Shown here in pieces: positions 42,201 through 53,734 of a DNA stretch of 64,000 bases. The notes beneath the pieces were generated by a model. It ran no database searches. It was not told the DNA's origin and saw only the letters and a list, made by a program, of their open reading frames with translations. The translations under genes and the position numbers were made by a program. Numbering within the stretch: the stretch's first letter is position 1; the number at the start of each line of letters is the position of its first letter. Origin of the DNA: the human T2T-CHM13v2.0 reference genome, Homo sapiens; NCBI RefSeq assembly GCF_009914755.1, contig NC_060938.1. The stretch is one strand, 5' to 3'.

Positions 42201-42969
42201 AAGGTTTTTAAATCTGGATTTAGGAACTCATTTGAGATTTTTTTTTTGAGAATATAACTTTTAAATAACAAGTCAGCTCACGTTAATTAATGTTTAATGT
42301 TTTGGGGACATTTACATTTAGCTTTTCTTAACCTTTTAAATGTGTTCACTAAATATTATTTTATTTCTAACTGCAGGCTAAGCAAGTTATACTGTGTGTA
42401 TAAAGTGCCCAAGTCTAAGAGGCATTGTAGACAGGCTATTTTTAGGGAAACTCATGTTTTTCTTTAAAAGTTCAGCTAGCATTTGGAATCGATATACAGT
42501 ATAATATTTAAAAAAAAAACAACATATTTCCTCATCCCCCAAGAGGTTTCTTAAAATAGCATGTAATCTTACCTACAGTGGGAAAAGCCTCAAATTTTAT
42601 AAATTGGGTTGGATCTAACCCAGATTACCTGACCAAGAGAGTCCCCAAGAAAAACAAGGTGTGGTAAAGGTTATAGTAATGGTAATTAAGAAAGTTGTGT
42701 TGTGCCTGCTGGGCCTCACTAAAAGCAATGACCCAGCCTGTGGCTACTGGCATCATTTTGACTGCTGAGACATGCTTTCTTTTGGAGAGAAGTCCAAACC
42801 AAATCTTTGCCCACTTTGAAAGCCAAGATATTCTCATTCCTTTCAGCCACAGAAAGGGCTGGTTTTTCTAACAGGATCATGTCCGTGTGACCTTCTGATG
42901 TATCAACTTGTTTTCTATGCAGTATATAAACAATAAAGGGTTTAATTTTAGTTGCTTTTCTTCACAGAG

Positions 42970-43160
42970 TCATGGAATATTACAAATGTTAGAAGCTAGA
43001 GAGGATCTTTGAGGTTATCTGCTTTAAGCCCCTTGCTTTCCACAGGAAAACACCAAGGCTCAGAGAGATAAAATGTGTCCATGCTGGACACAGCTGGAAA
43101 ATGATAGAGCTTGAACTCAGGTTAACTGACCCTCCATGCAGGTCTGTGGCTGCACCATAC
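42970..43160 (-). mobile_element. MIR3-like fragment
   Basis: 'aatgttagaagctagagaggatctttgaggttatct...ccaaggctcagagagataaa...cttgaactcagg'. Confidence 0.65.
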
Positions 43161-44343
43161 ATTACAGCATCTCTATTCAACAGTAAAACTCATTGGGGTT
43201 ATATATTATACCCTAGTGGATATTACATCTGTGGGATGACAAGCTGCATTATGATAGAGTTGCACTGTGCTCAGCAGCAGTTGAGTAGCCAGCACCCACA
43301 GGCAACCTCTATGGGCAATCTGAAAGTGAAATCTTTACTGAATTGAATGGAATCTGTGGAGATCTTCGATAGTCTTCCCTTGAGGTGAAATCTTGTTTTG
43401 TTGAGTGGTTTAAGATGTTTTCTAGGGTGTAGCACTTTGCAGAAGTGCTTTCCTCTTTCATGATAGGTGACCCAGTTTGGAGATCAGGAAGATTTTGTCA
43501 TCCTTCACATTGCAAGACTTGAAGACTTGCAACTCAAAATGGTATATTTTTTTCTTTTCTTCCAATAGAGAACAATTCCACTCTAGCACTCAAGTATCTA
43601 ATACTTTTGGGACATGTTGAAACTGTTTCCATTTCATCTGATTTCACTCAGCAATTATTTATAGAACTCTCTGTGAGGTAGGCACCATGCTAAGTATCCT
43701 GAGGCTGACAAAGACATCCTTTCTAAGTTGAGGCAGTGACAGAGGGCACAGCAGCCATTGCTAATTGTCCTTGCTGCAGCCTTGTTGGGTGACACCTCTG
43801 GCTTCCAGGGCCTCATATTTTCACAGCTTCACTGATAACTCTCTGAGAGGAATTGTCCCTCCCACTAAGATTCCCTTCTAGAAGATGAGTTTTTCCATGA
43901 GCATTTTAAAATTTTCTTTGTTGCCTTGTTCATTTTTTTTTCCAACATTTAAAAGAGCAGAAGTGAGAGCGAAGAGAAAGGAGAATATTTAGATCTGAAA
44001 AATGCACCAGTCCACTTTTAATCTACTTTTGGGAAGATGATTGTAAGATATTCTGTACCCACTTAGGGATCTCCTGCCCTTCGGATACACATGCCTTAAC
44101 TACCATCTTGCTAGAATAGAAGGTCCTGTGTTTAGGCATCAAAGAAAGGAATTGCACTGAGAAATTTTAGTGATAATTCTTTTATTGTAATCGTGATTTT
44201 CTTCCTCCTGCTAATCTTTTTAAGTGGTATTAAAGGAAGCTTCTTGCCAGGCAGTAATATTCCTCCATGAGCACACGATCTTTTTCCTTATTTGGCACTG
44301 GAATTTCATCAGGCTGTATTAGTCTGAGCGAAACATACTCTAG

Positions 44344-44647
<304 letters not shown>

Positions 44648-46609
44648 AGGAATATCTTTAGAATAGTTCTATAGTTAGGAACGTTGAGACCAGGTAACAA
44701 GGGATTTATTCAATGGGATGACAATTTTTATACACCATGCCTGAAGCAAATAAAGGTGATCAGTATTTATATTGCAGTATTCAAATACTCTGGAGCCAAA
44801 TAGATAGGACTACCTTAAAAATGTTCTTGTACATGTGGGTTTGATCTTAAAGATATTAGGGATGGTAACATACCATTCTATGTATATACATGACCAGGCC
44901 TTAGGTTACTTAAGGGTGATGGAATGACCATTGTGTGTGTCTTGTGTCTTGGTGGCCTTCAGTGAATTCTGCATGAGCTCTAGTAGTAACTGCCACTGCT
45001 GTAGTATCATGGAAAAAACACTGAACTTAAAATAGTTTTCTTACCTGTAACAAAATGGACAACAATCTCACAGAGTTTGTGTGAGAATTAAAGGAGAAAA
45101 TACTTGGGAAGAAGTGCTTTGAAATCTCCATTGCACTCTGCAAAAGCAAGGAAATGCGCTTGTGATCAGTATCATGTTGACGTGGAGTGAGTTACTCCCC
45201 AGCTGTTCACGATATGGTCGCCCACAAAGAGCAAGTAGGTCACTTCACCAAACAGAATTCTGTATGTATTACAGAAACTCCCAGGCTGAGTCACCAAGTA
45301 AAATGAAGGGCAGTGTGCTCTATTTAAAATGTTCATTTCATTTTCGCATTCCATTCTTTACTAACAGAATGGTTTCACTTCATTTCCAGTCACTTTCATT
45401 TTCAGGTTGTCAAGCTTCACTTAGTGTCAGTTGTGTTCCCACACTCAAACATGTGCCTTGTCTTCCTTGATCTTCTCTCTGAGGATGTTTCTCTGACTAA
45501 TGTGCTGTGGTCAGAACAAGAGCATTGCCACATGGTGCATTTCCTAGGTAGGCATGTCTAAAATCATTAAGTGGCCTAGCTCAGAACATTCTTTGTGACC
45601 CTTTCCCCTCCCCACCCAGTGCCTAGTGACTGATTTATCTGAATATAAGGCTACTTCCACTTTTAGTTCAAGGGCCTTGCTCCCTGCCTGCAAGAATCTC
45701 TCTAATCACATTGCCCTCCCTCCACCCGCTTTCCCCATTGAAACCAATGTTTGGAGAAGATAGAAGAATGAAAAGAACATCTCAGGTCCTGTTTTTGTAC
45801 CACCTTCACTATTGTAGCACCTCTTTTGTGTTGCCAACTGAATATGGTATACATGGCTTTAAGGGGGAAAAAAGAAAAATAAAACATAAGAAAGTAGGAG
45901 AGCTCCTAGCTTTCTTAAATGAATTAAAGGCCTTAGGCCAGAGTGAATTATATTATAGATTGTAGACTAGATATGGTGGGGAAGGTTACTCAACAACTTG
46001 GTTGGGAAATAAATTAATATATAAAACCATCAGATATCAGAGCATAGTTGTGGAAAGTCACCTAAGGAAAGTCATTGTCTCTAGGCCAAAGACTGGCCTA
46101 GACGTAAGTAATGCACCAGTGTGTCAGAAAGGGGGTTGGTCGACATCAGAAGCACCCAGAGGCAAACACTGGTTGTGCCCTGTACCCACAGTAACTGTCC
46201 ATAGAAATGTGAATGTTGGTAGTCTTCAAAGTTTCAGTGTCACTGGCAAGTCCTTCTTTGTTGGAAATTCAATTTAACATTCAAGTTCTATAGCAAATGC
46301 CTCCTATTATGATGTCTTGTGTTTACAGTTTGCCTCTGTAAGTAGAACCCTCTAAAGGGAAAAATGCTCTGGTCAGATTGTTATGGTCTGTATGACAGAT
46401 ACATAACTGTTGTAAATCAACACATTGGCATTCTCGTTTGCTCCACCAGTTTGTTGTGAACTTCGTCAGGGGAAGGCATCATGCCTAAGTCTATTCAACT
46501 CTGGGATACTGACAAGGTCAAATTTCTGTGCCTGCAAGGCTGGGACTGGACCCAAGCTGTACAGTTCATACAATGAAATAGTGCCATTTAGTAAAAAAGG
46601 GAGATAATA

Positions 46610-46840
46610 TGGCACTTGGTTGGAAGTTTGGCTCTAGAATCTGATTGAACTGGGTTTGAATACTAGGTCAGCCACTTACATGCTGTATGACCTAAGACCC
46701 CGCTCTAAAAAGGATATTATCTTTACACTGACCTCAGAGGGCTGTTTTGAGAATTAAATTAGACAATCCATGTAAAATACTTGACTCAGAGCCTTACATA
46801 GAGCTGTTAGCAGCAGCAACAACAGCAGCACCAGCAGCAA
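46610..46840 (+). mobile_element. MIR with a (CAG/CAA)n tail
   Basis: 'ggctctagaatctga...gggtttgaatact...ttgagaattaaattagacaatccatgtaaaatactt'; tail gcagcagcaacaacagcagcaccagcagc. Confidence 0.75.
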
Positions 46841-47577
46841 GGTAAATACCACCATGTGTGTCCTTTGGGTGGTCAGCAGTTTGCTGAACAATTTGGACTG
46901 GTTTAGAACCCTCCTAACTCACTACTGGGGACTTTCCATTGGAACCACAGCACTGGGTAGTGACAGAATTTGCCAGTGTAATCACATCATTTATGAGAAA
47001 TGATAGCAATAGGGTTTGGTGTCATAGTAATGGAAAATGGCACTGGACACTATCCTAATTTTGAAGAAATGGAGTGAAGAAGAAGACATGTTCCAGAATG
47101 CACAGGACATTGATCTTCAGCAAATTTTTAGAGTGGATTACTGAATGATTACGTGTGAGAAAAATGTGATTATTAGGAGTCAATATGAGCTCATTGAAAA
47201 CAAAACATTCCTATTTCTAACATCCTTAAAGTCTTTCACAGTTCATCTTATTGGTTATGGAAATGTCAAGGGATAGATTTTTATTTCTGGGAGGAGTTTG
47301 GCTAAGATTTTTATGATACTCTTGTTGTCTTGTTGAGGTTAAGTAGATTCATAGCTGGTTGAACAAATGTCCACTGGCAGTTTTGACCTGATGGATGGAC
47401 TAATGTCCATCTGGAGAGGGGTCCTCAGGGTAAGCCTCAGGAACCTGTCTAGTGATGCTGTTCTATCCAATTTTCTCATTAAAAATTTCTGACGAAAGCA
47501 CAAATAATGTGCTTTTGCAACAAGTGAGATAGGATTTTTTAAAGATCTGTGTAGGTTGATGGGCGGATTTGCTAATA

Positions 47578-47830
47578 ACAACCATATGTAGCATTTATTG
47601 AGTACTTACTGTGTGCCAGGCAAAATGCTAAATGTGTTGTATGACTTCTCTCATTTAATCCTCACAGTGACCCTCTGAGGTGTATACTAGTAATATTCCA
47701 TTCTATAGATAGATGTAGAGGCACAGATATGCTAAGTCATTTACCCAAGTCCCACAGCCAATAAGAGGCACAGATGGCAGAGGACCATTTGTCTATCACC
47801 AAAGCCCATGCTCATAACTGTATTATGCTA
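47578..47830 (-). mobile_element. MIR inside L3
   Basis: 'catttattgagtacttactgtgtgccaggc...tctcatttaatcctcacag...gaggcacagatatgctaagtcatttacccaag'. Confidence 0.9.
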
Positions 47831-48214
47831 CTAGAACCAGTGAGTCAGAATTTTACACAGATTAATGTAAAGTCCTAAGCTAAGGTTAACAAAATAGTAT
47901 GTTAAGTCTTGAAGGAGGAAGCTTAGGTTGATAGCAAGTAATAAGGAAAAGATTTAGGGACATTAGTTGGTGGGAAACTCAATGTGATTCAATACTAACG
48001 TATACCTACTTTTAAAAAAGAACAACTAATAGGAGGGTGCATTATTAGAATATAGCATCATGGATCATGGTGGCAGTAGTTCTTCTCTAAGAGTCCATGT
48101 CCAGAGTACTAGGTCAGGTCTGTCATTAAGGGGGTCCTTGACCATTATAATCAGGAGAATAAGAGGTCTGGATTTACATCCTAAGAGGAAAAACGGTGAA
48201 CTAATGTCAGGCTG

Positions 48215-49698
48215 GAAAAGAGAAAAACCAAAGAGGAATATGAAGACAACCTTCAAATATTAACATAGTTACATGATGAGAAAGAGTAGATGCCATTGGT
48301 GTCTAAGAGAGTAAAAAAATCACTTCTCATTCCCTGTTGAGAAATGGACTCTGGCATCAGGTTGATGGAGAACAAAATGTCAGCTTTATTCCAGTAAAAC
48401 CATATTAGAGAATGTGGCCTGATCTGTGGCTACAATCAGGCCTTTTATACCCTTCCCTAGTTAAACACACTCTCAGAGTCAGGTAAGGCCCTGGACAACT
48501 GTTGTTTGCAGGAGGAGGGCAGTTCCTGTGTGAAGGAGAAGGAGAAAGTGTGCATCCTGAAGCCAGGGGTGCACCTGACTTCTCGACTGTGAATGAGAGA
48601 GGAGGAAACCTAGTTCATATCTGCACAAAAATTCTTTTTGGTATCCTTGAAGTGGGCTGAAACAAAAAAGATCAAAATGTTACTCTAGCAGGAGGCCACT
48701 CATGGAAACCTTAGGCAGGGGAATTGTGTTACCCCTGGTACTTACCAACTTTAACTTCAGTGGGGCAACCAAGCCAATGGAGCACTCTTATCTCTGAAAT
48801 GTTTGGCCTCTGTACAGAATGATGTGAAAAAGAATCTTCTAGCATGGGGAGGTGGAGGGGAGGGATGTCTAGATTACTTCTACGGCCCCCACTCCCTAAG
48901 ATTCTTTTGAAATCAGTTAAGACACGCATAAATAAAAAAACTCCAAGTAAAGCATGTCAGTATTTTAAAGGCTTATTTGTTTGAGCAATGAGAGATGATC
49001 AGTGTTCTAAGTGCTATGGTTCATCATGTTCTGGAGGTGGCTTTGTTCCAACTGTTTGTTCACGAGTGTTTTGAGTTAAAGGGAATTACAGTCTACAAAT
49101 TTATGCACATGGCACTTCACAGAATAGAAGAGGCCAACTTCTGGCCTCTTATACCCACATGCAACAAATACAGCTCGTGTCCTTCCCCCAGGACTCAATT
49201 TGTAAGCCTCTTTATTGCATTGTGCTGTAGTAAAAAATTCTCAGTTTTGTGGGCAACCTGTGAAACCAGCCTTCCTTTATTTCAACTTTGTTGTTTTGCC
49301 TTTATACTGTGAATTAAATGAATCCTTGGGGGTTCTAATTATATTATGGAAAAAAGAACTTGATATTCTGAGAAGCTGAAGAACAATTTGTTTTCCTCAG
49401 CTAGGTATTTAGGACTTTTAGGATTTAGTTACCATTTTCAAAAAACTTGAAGAAGATTAATTATCTCCATTGCCTCAAATGACAAAGATAGTATGTTCAA
49501 TTCTCTCCTGAGTTATCATCATAATAACCCTATATTCTTAATATGGCCTTTTATATTTTACAAAGTTTCTCAATAGGGAATGAGAAGAAAGTGATTTTTT
49601 AATCTCTTAGACACCAATGGCGTCTACTCTCCCTTATCATATAACTATCTTAATATTTGAAGGTTGTTTTCATCTTCCTCTTCAGTTTTTCTCTTTTC
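48215..49698. repeat. Inverted repeat; arms 48215-48344 and 49566-49698, spacer 1221 bp
   Basis: Manual alignment gives 12 substitutions and two indels (1 and 4 bp) over ~130 bp; the ORF track shows MKVVFIFLF on opposite strands (48065-48256 minus, 49657-50043 plus). Confidence 0.95.
48335..48816 (-). mobile_element. LTR-like insertion, family not assigned
   Basis: ~480-bp block with TGT...ACA ends, minus-strand AATAAA ('ctttatt') and TATA-like ('ttttata') in LTR order, interrupting L3; no clear TSD. Confidence 0.45.
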
Positions 49699-49824
49699 TC
49701 TTTTACCACAATAATCATCACAAATAATCCTGTTTGGAAGGTGGAGAAGAGGAAGCAAGACAGATATTATTGTACCCATTTCAGAAATAAGGAGAATGGA
49801 ACTCAGAGAGTGGTGGTGGGAACA

Positions 49825-50050
49825 ATTAACAAATGTTTTCTGAGCACCAATCTGTTCCAACTACCTGCAGTAGTGCATTTAATCCTTATAATAGTTCCGG
49901 GAGTTAGGTGCTATTATCCCCATTTTGAGATGAGGAAACTGTGGCTCAAAGTGTTAGTTGCCCAAGGTCATGCAGTATTAAGTAGAAGAACCAAAATTAG
50001 ACCCAGGCTTTCTGGTTCTGAAATCCATACTCTTAAGCACTAGGTTGTTA
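49825..50050 (-). mobile_element. MIR
   Basis: 'tattatccccattttgagatgaggaaactgtggctcaaagtg...gcccaaggtcatgcag...acccaggctttctggttctg'. Confidence 0.9.
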
Positions 50051-50519
50051 CCACTGGAGAGGTTATGAACGTGCCCAAAGGCACTGGCTGCCTAGTAGCT
50101 GAGGCAGGGCCAGAACCTGTCTTTAGACTGCTTAGCACATCTTCTAGATCCTGTAGCTGCTTCACTGGTTTTCATTAACTTTGGGGTTTTTCAATACAAA
50201 AAGAGGAAACAAATGAAAGCTGAGCCGAATTTTGCTTTTGTAACATAGAGGAACTTACTCAGTACCAAGGATAATCTGAGGCTCTTATGGGATTTTTTTA
50301 AGTGCCCAGTGTTGTTTCATATTCTGTTTATTCTTCACCACCACCACCAGTAAATGCAGGTGGTTCTTGTCTCATAGTGATTCACATGTGGGTTTATGCC
50401 AGGTACACCTATTTTACTACTTTTGGCATTTATAAGGGCAATATGTTTCTGAACTAATTTGGGGAAAATAAGTTCTTATATTAATTGTAGCAGAAAAACA
50501 AATGGGAAAGTCAGTGAGG

Positions 50520-50870
50520 TTCAATGCAAAGAGCTCAGACCAACCTTTGGCATCAGCCCAAGCAGAGTTGGAAATCCCAGCTTAGTCTCTTCCTAAAAGA
50601 GGGACTTTAAGTGAGTTACTGAAGCTCTCTAAAAACCTATTTCTTTATTTTAAACTGGAGATAACACTTGACTCATGCGTTGCGTTTGTTAGAGAGAACA
50701 AATGAAAAAGGTCGTTAAGGGTTTATTGGCAGTGAACTGTATGGTAGGTGCTGTGCTTGTGTTTGCTTCACTTAATCCTCATGACAGCCCTAGGAGATAG
50801 GTATTATTATCACCTCCTGACAGTTAAGGAAATTGAATCTTAAGGACATGTGATAACTTTCCTAAAGTGA
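50520..50870. mobile_element. Two MIRs tail-to-tail (plus ~50520-50720, minus ~50730-50870)
   Basis: Plus: 'gagttggaaatcccagctt...aagtgagttactgaagctctct'; minus: 'cacttaatcctcatgacagccctaggagataggtattattat'. Confidence 0.7.
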
Positions 50871-51329
50871 ACTCTACCTTAATGTGTTGGAAAAGAGTGT
50901 AGCAAATCAAATATATCATTCAGTTTCTCCAAAGCCATGAAATGTCTTTAAGTCTCCCTGAAAGATTTCCCAAATAAGGCTGTCAAAGTCTTCTTAAAGA
51001 ATCCCATCTAAGTTCTATTATCCCAGTGGTTCCTTTATCTTTTTATTTCTTGCCATAAAATTAAATCTAGAATTACAAAGAAGTATTTCAAAGTATATAT
51101 AATATTCCTCTGTTTTATGGATTTACATATCACCTCCTCCATCAGCAGGGATTAGGAGGGGTGTAAATACTTGGATAGGGCTCTTTTCCTTGGACTTCCT
51201 CACCTCCATCAACAGGGGTCAAGAGGAGCCTGGACAGTAATCCCTGTCCGACCCCCCTCTCAGCCTAATCACTACTATTTGCCTCAAACAATCTTATTTC
51301 ATGAGGCCTTTGATCAATGTTGAGATTAG

Positions 51330-51720
51330 TCACTGTAAGAAGCCTGACTTGTAGGAAACCTTTTACCTCCCAGACTCTAATTCTTCTATTCCGTTTCTCC
51401 CCAAGTCCTGTGTCCTCTGGAATTCAGAATCTGTCATTGGCAAGATCTCCTGTGTTCTCAACCCCTTCTCAGAACAGTCCTTTCACCTTCCCACTCTAAA
51501 CTGAACTGTGGCTGTCGCCTAAGGATGCTGCCTCCCCTGCTGCTCTCCTAAGTGGTGGTAGTGTTATCTTCCCCAGTCTCCTATGACAAGGCCTGGAGGT
51601 GGGCTAGGTGTCCTCTTTCTTGTTCCCCACTGCTGCTTTCAGACCATTCTTCATCTCCTCTTTTCTAAATCCAGCCCTCCTCCCCCTTAAAATCTTATGT
51701 TATCAGTTATCTATAGACCT
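51330..51720 (+). mobile_element. L2 fragment from the 5' (endonuclease-coding) part of ORF2
   Basis: 'ctctaaactgaactgtggctg...gatgctgcctcccctgctgctctc...ggcctggaggtgggctaggtgtcctc' resembles the TETWL and GGGVG motifs of the APE endonuclease, decayed. Confidence 0.6.
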
Positions 51721-53734
51721 CTGTGAGCTTAATCCTACGCAATGTAAAGGCATATCTTTCTGGCCAATCAATATGGAGTTTATGGCACTTTTATAAAGAA
51801 AGTGGATAATGGCCTCCTGATCAAGAACATAACTGCTATTTTCATTAGTCGGTACTCTATGATGCGGGTGCATGGTCCAGGGGAAGTGGGTTCAGGCCCA
51901 TCAGACTGACTGAGAGTTGAGTTCTTTACCCACTCAGAGTCAAGAATTGTGGTATGGGGGGAAGCACTGTGTGAAGCATCCTACAGGGGTCTGTTCTGAA
52001 CACTGAAAATGTACAGTCCCTGTCCCAGAGTGGCATTCTCAAGATTTTTTTCTTGATGGGACTTGTGTGGCTATGGGCCAAATTAAATTTAATATAAGCC
52101 TGACTCTCATAGCCTTTGTAGAGGAATGAAACCAGAAGAATTTGGAGCAGAGAGTCGGGCACTCATAGAATATTTTTCTAAAACAGAGGAAGTCATGGAA
52201 GACTCAGGGTCTAGAGTATAAAGTGTTTGTTACTTAACTTTGAAAGGACAACTTTGTATAATTTAGCAAAGCCTTCTTGTTTAAGATTAGTCTCTAATAA
52301 GTAAGAGGGCCTTGCTGGATTTCTTCATAATTCTCAGTAGTTACCAGAAGTCAGAACTATTCCTTATCTGTAAGTAACAGGTCTTTAGATTATAGACCTA
52401 GTGGGGATATAACTTTAATGTTGTACAGTTAAATCAACTTCACACTATTTACAAGACATGTCATACAACACTGAAAACAAGAAATTAGAGTATGTGGAAA
52501 CTATGCTACTAAAATTAAGCAGCATAAGGAAAATTAATGTAAGCCTATAAGTCACAGCTTGACTTCTGTTTCAGCAGCTGACCCAGAGGCAATGAAGCCA
52601 AAAACAATTTTAAGACCTGTTCTGTTCTGACTTGTAAAGATTATTTGATGTTAACCCCATACCCTTATCCCCTTTCCAAGTGAGTACCAGGGGTTAGGAA
52701 AAAGATATAATATTGCCTGGCTCATTTCTAATCAAACTTTAATGCTGGCTTCAGCAAGGCCAGATGCCTACTTTTTGTAAATATCATTGGCAGTTGGCAG
52801 TACATTTCATTAACAGTTTTTATGGCTATCAGTAGTATTTTTGATACTCTGAGGATGAGCACTAGAGAAATATGTGCTTGCTGAAAAGCCTGCTAATCTC
52901 TGTGTGATAACTTAATTTTGCTATTACCTGAATGTAAGTGCTATTGATGTGGCATTAGCATTGATTTCATAGCTATTTAATAAAGAGACAGAAACTTCAA
53001 ATGCATAATTATGACATCAATATATGAATCTTTCTTTAGAGATGAAAAACACATAGTTAAAAACTGTGAAAAACTGCCCTGCTTATATCAGAAAACTTAT
53101 ACTTCTCTGTTGAAAAAATAGGCAACTAAAATAGTTTACAATATAATCTAAAAGGATGAATTGGTGGAATTTTCAGTATAACTGGAAGGTATGATGTGTT
53201 AGATAGTGGGGAGAGTGTATATATATTATCAAGCCACAATATTACAACCTGACACTATTAGATATAATAGATTATGCAGCCAAAAATGTGGTCATGGACA
53301 GTGATAGGGGAGCAGAATGGTTCGGTAAAGTACCAAGTCTGGTGACAGGACAATGGGAAAATTTCTGCAGCCTGATGGTCTGGGTAGTTGGATATAAGTC
53401 TGACAGCAGAGATACTTTCATATTTAGGGAAAACCTGCAAAATACTGAAAAGATTAATAAAGAGAAAGGGAACTTCTAAATAGCTAAAACTCCCGGCAGA
53501 GCAGCATAGCTGACAGAGCACCATAATCTTGCGTATCAGAGCTTCTCAATTCCTTTGGAACAGGAGAATTTGATAATTTTTTTCTCCCATGAGGATGCAC
53601 TATGAAGGAAACCGCTAGGAAATTGGAATTATTTTAAAGTGATTATTTTAACATTAACTTGGTAGACTTCATCTATTCCATAGCATTTCTTTTCTTTTAT
53701 CCCATTCAATTGCATCCTCTCTATAGGATTAATG

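Larger units (their letters stand above)
46960..48910 (+). mobile_element. L3/CR1 LINE (RT region and 3' end), interrupted by a MIR and an LTR-like element
   Basis: RT-region remnants 'agattcatagctggttgaac', 'ctcaggaacctgtc'; 'aatgtaaagtcctaagc', 'gaaaagatttagggacattagttg...aactcaatgtga', 'aaccttcaaatatt'; 3' end 'tctagattacttctacggcccc...taagattcttttga'. Confidence 0.7.

Noticed and set aside
46810-46840. CAG/CAA run suggesting a polyglutamine exon
   Set aside because: It is the simple-repeat tail of a MIR, short and interrupted, with no ORF or splice context
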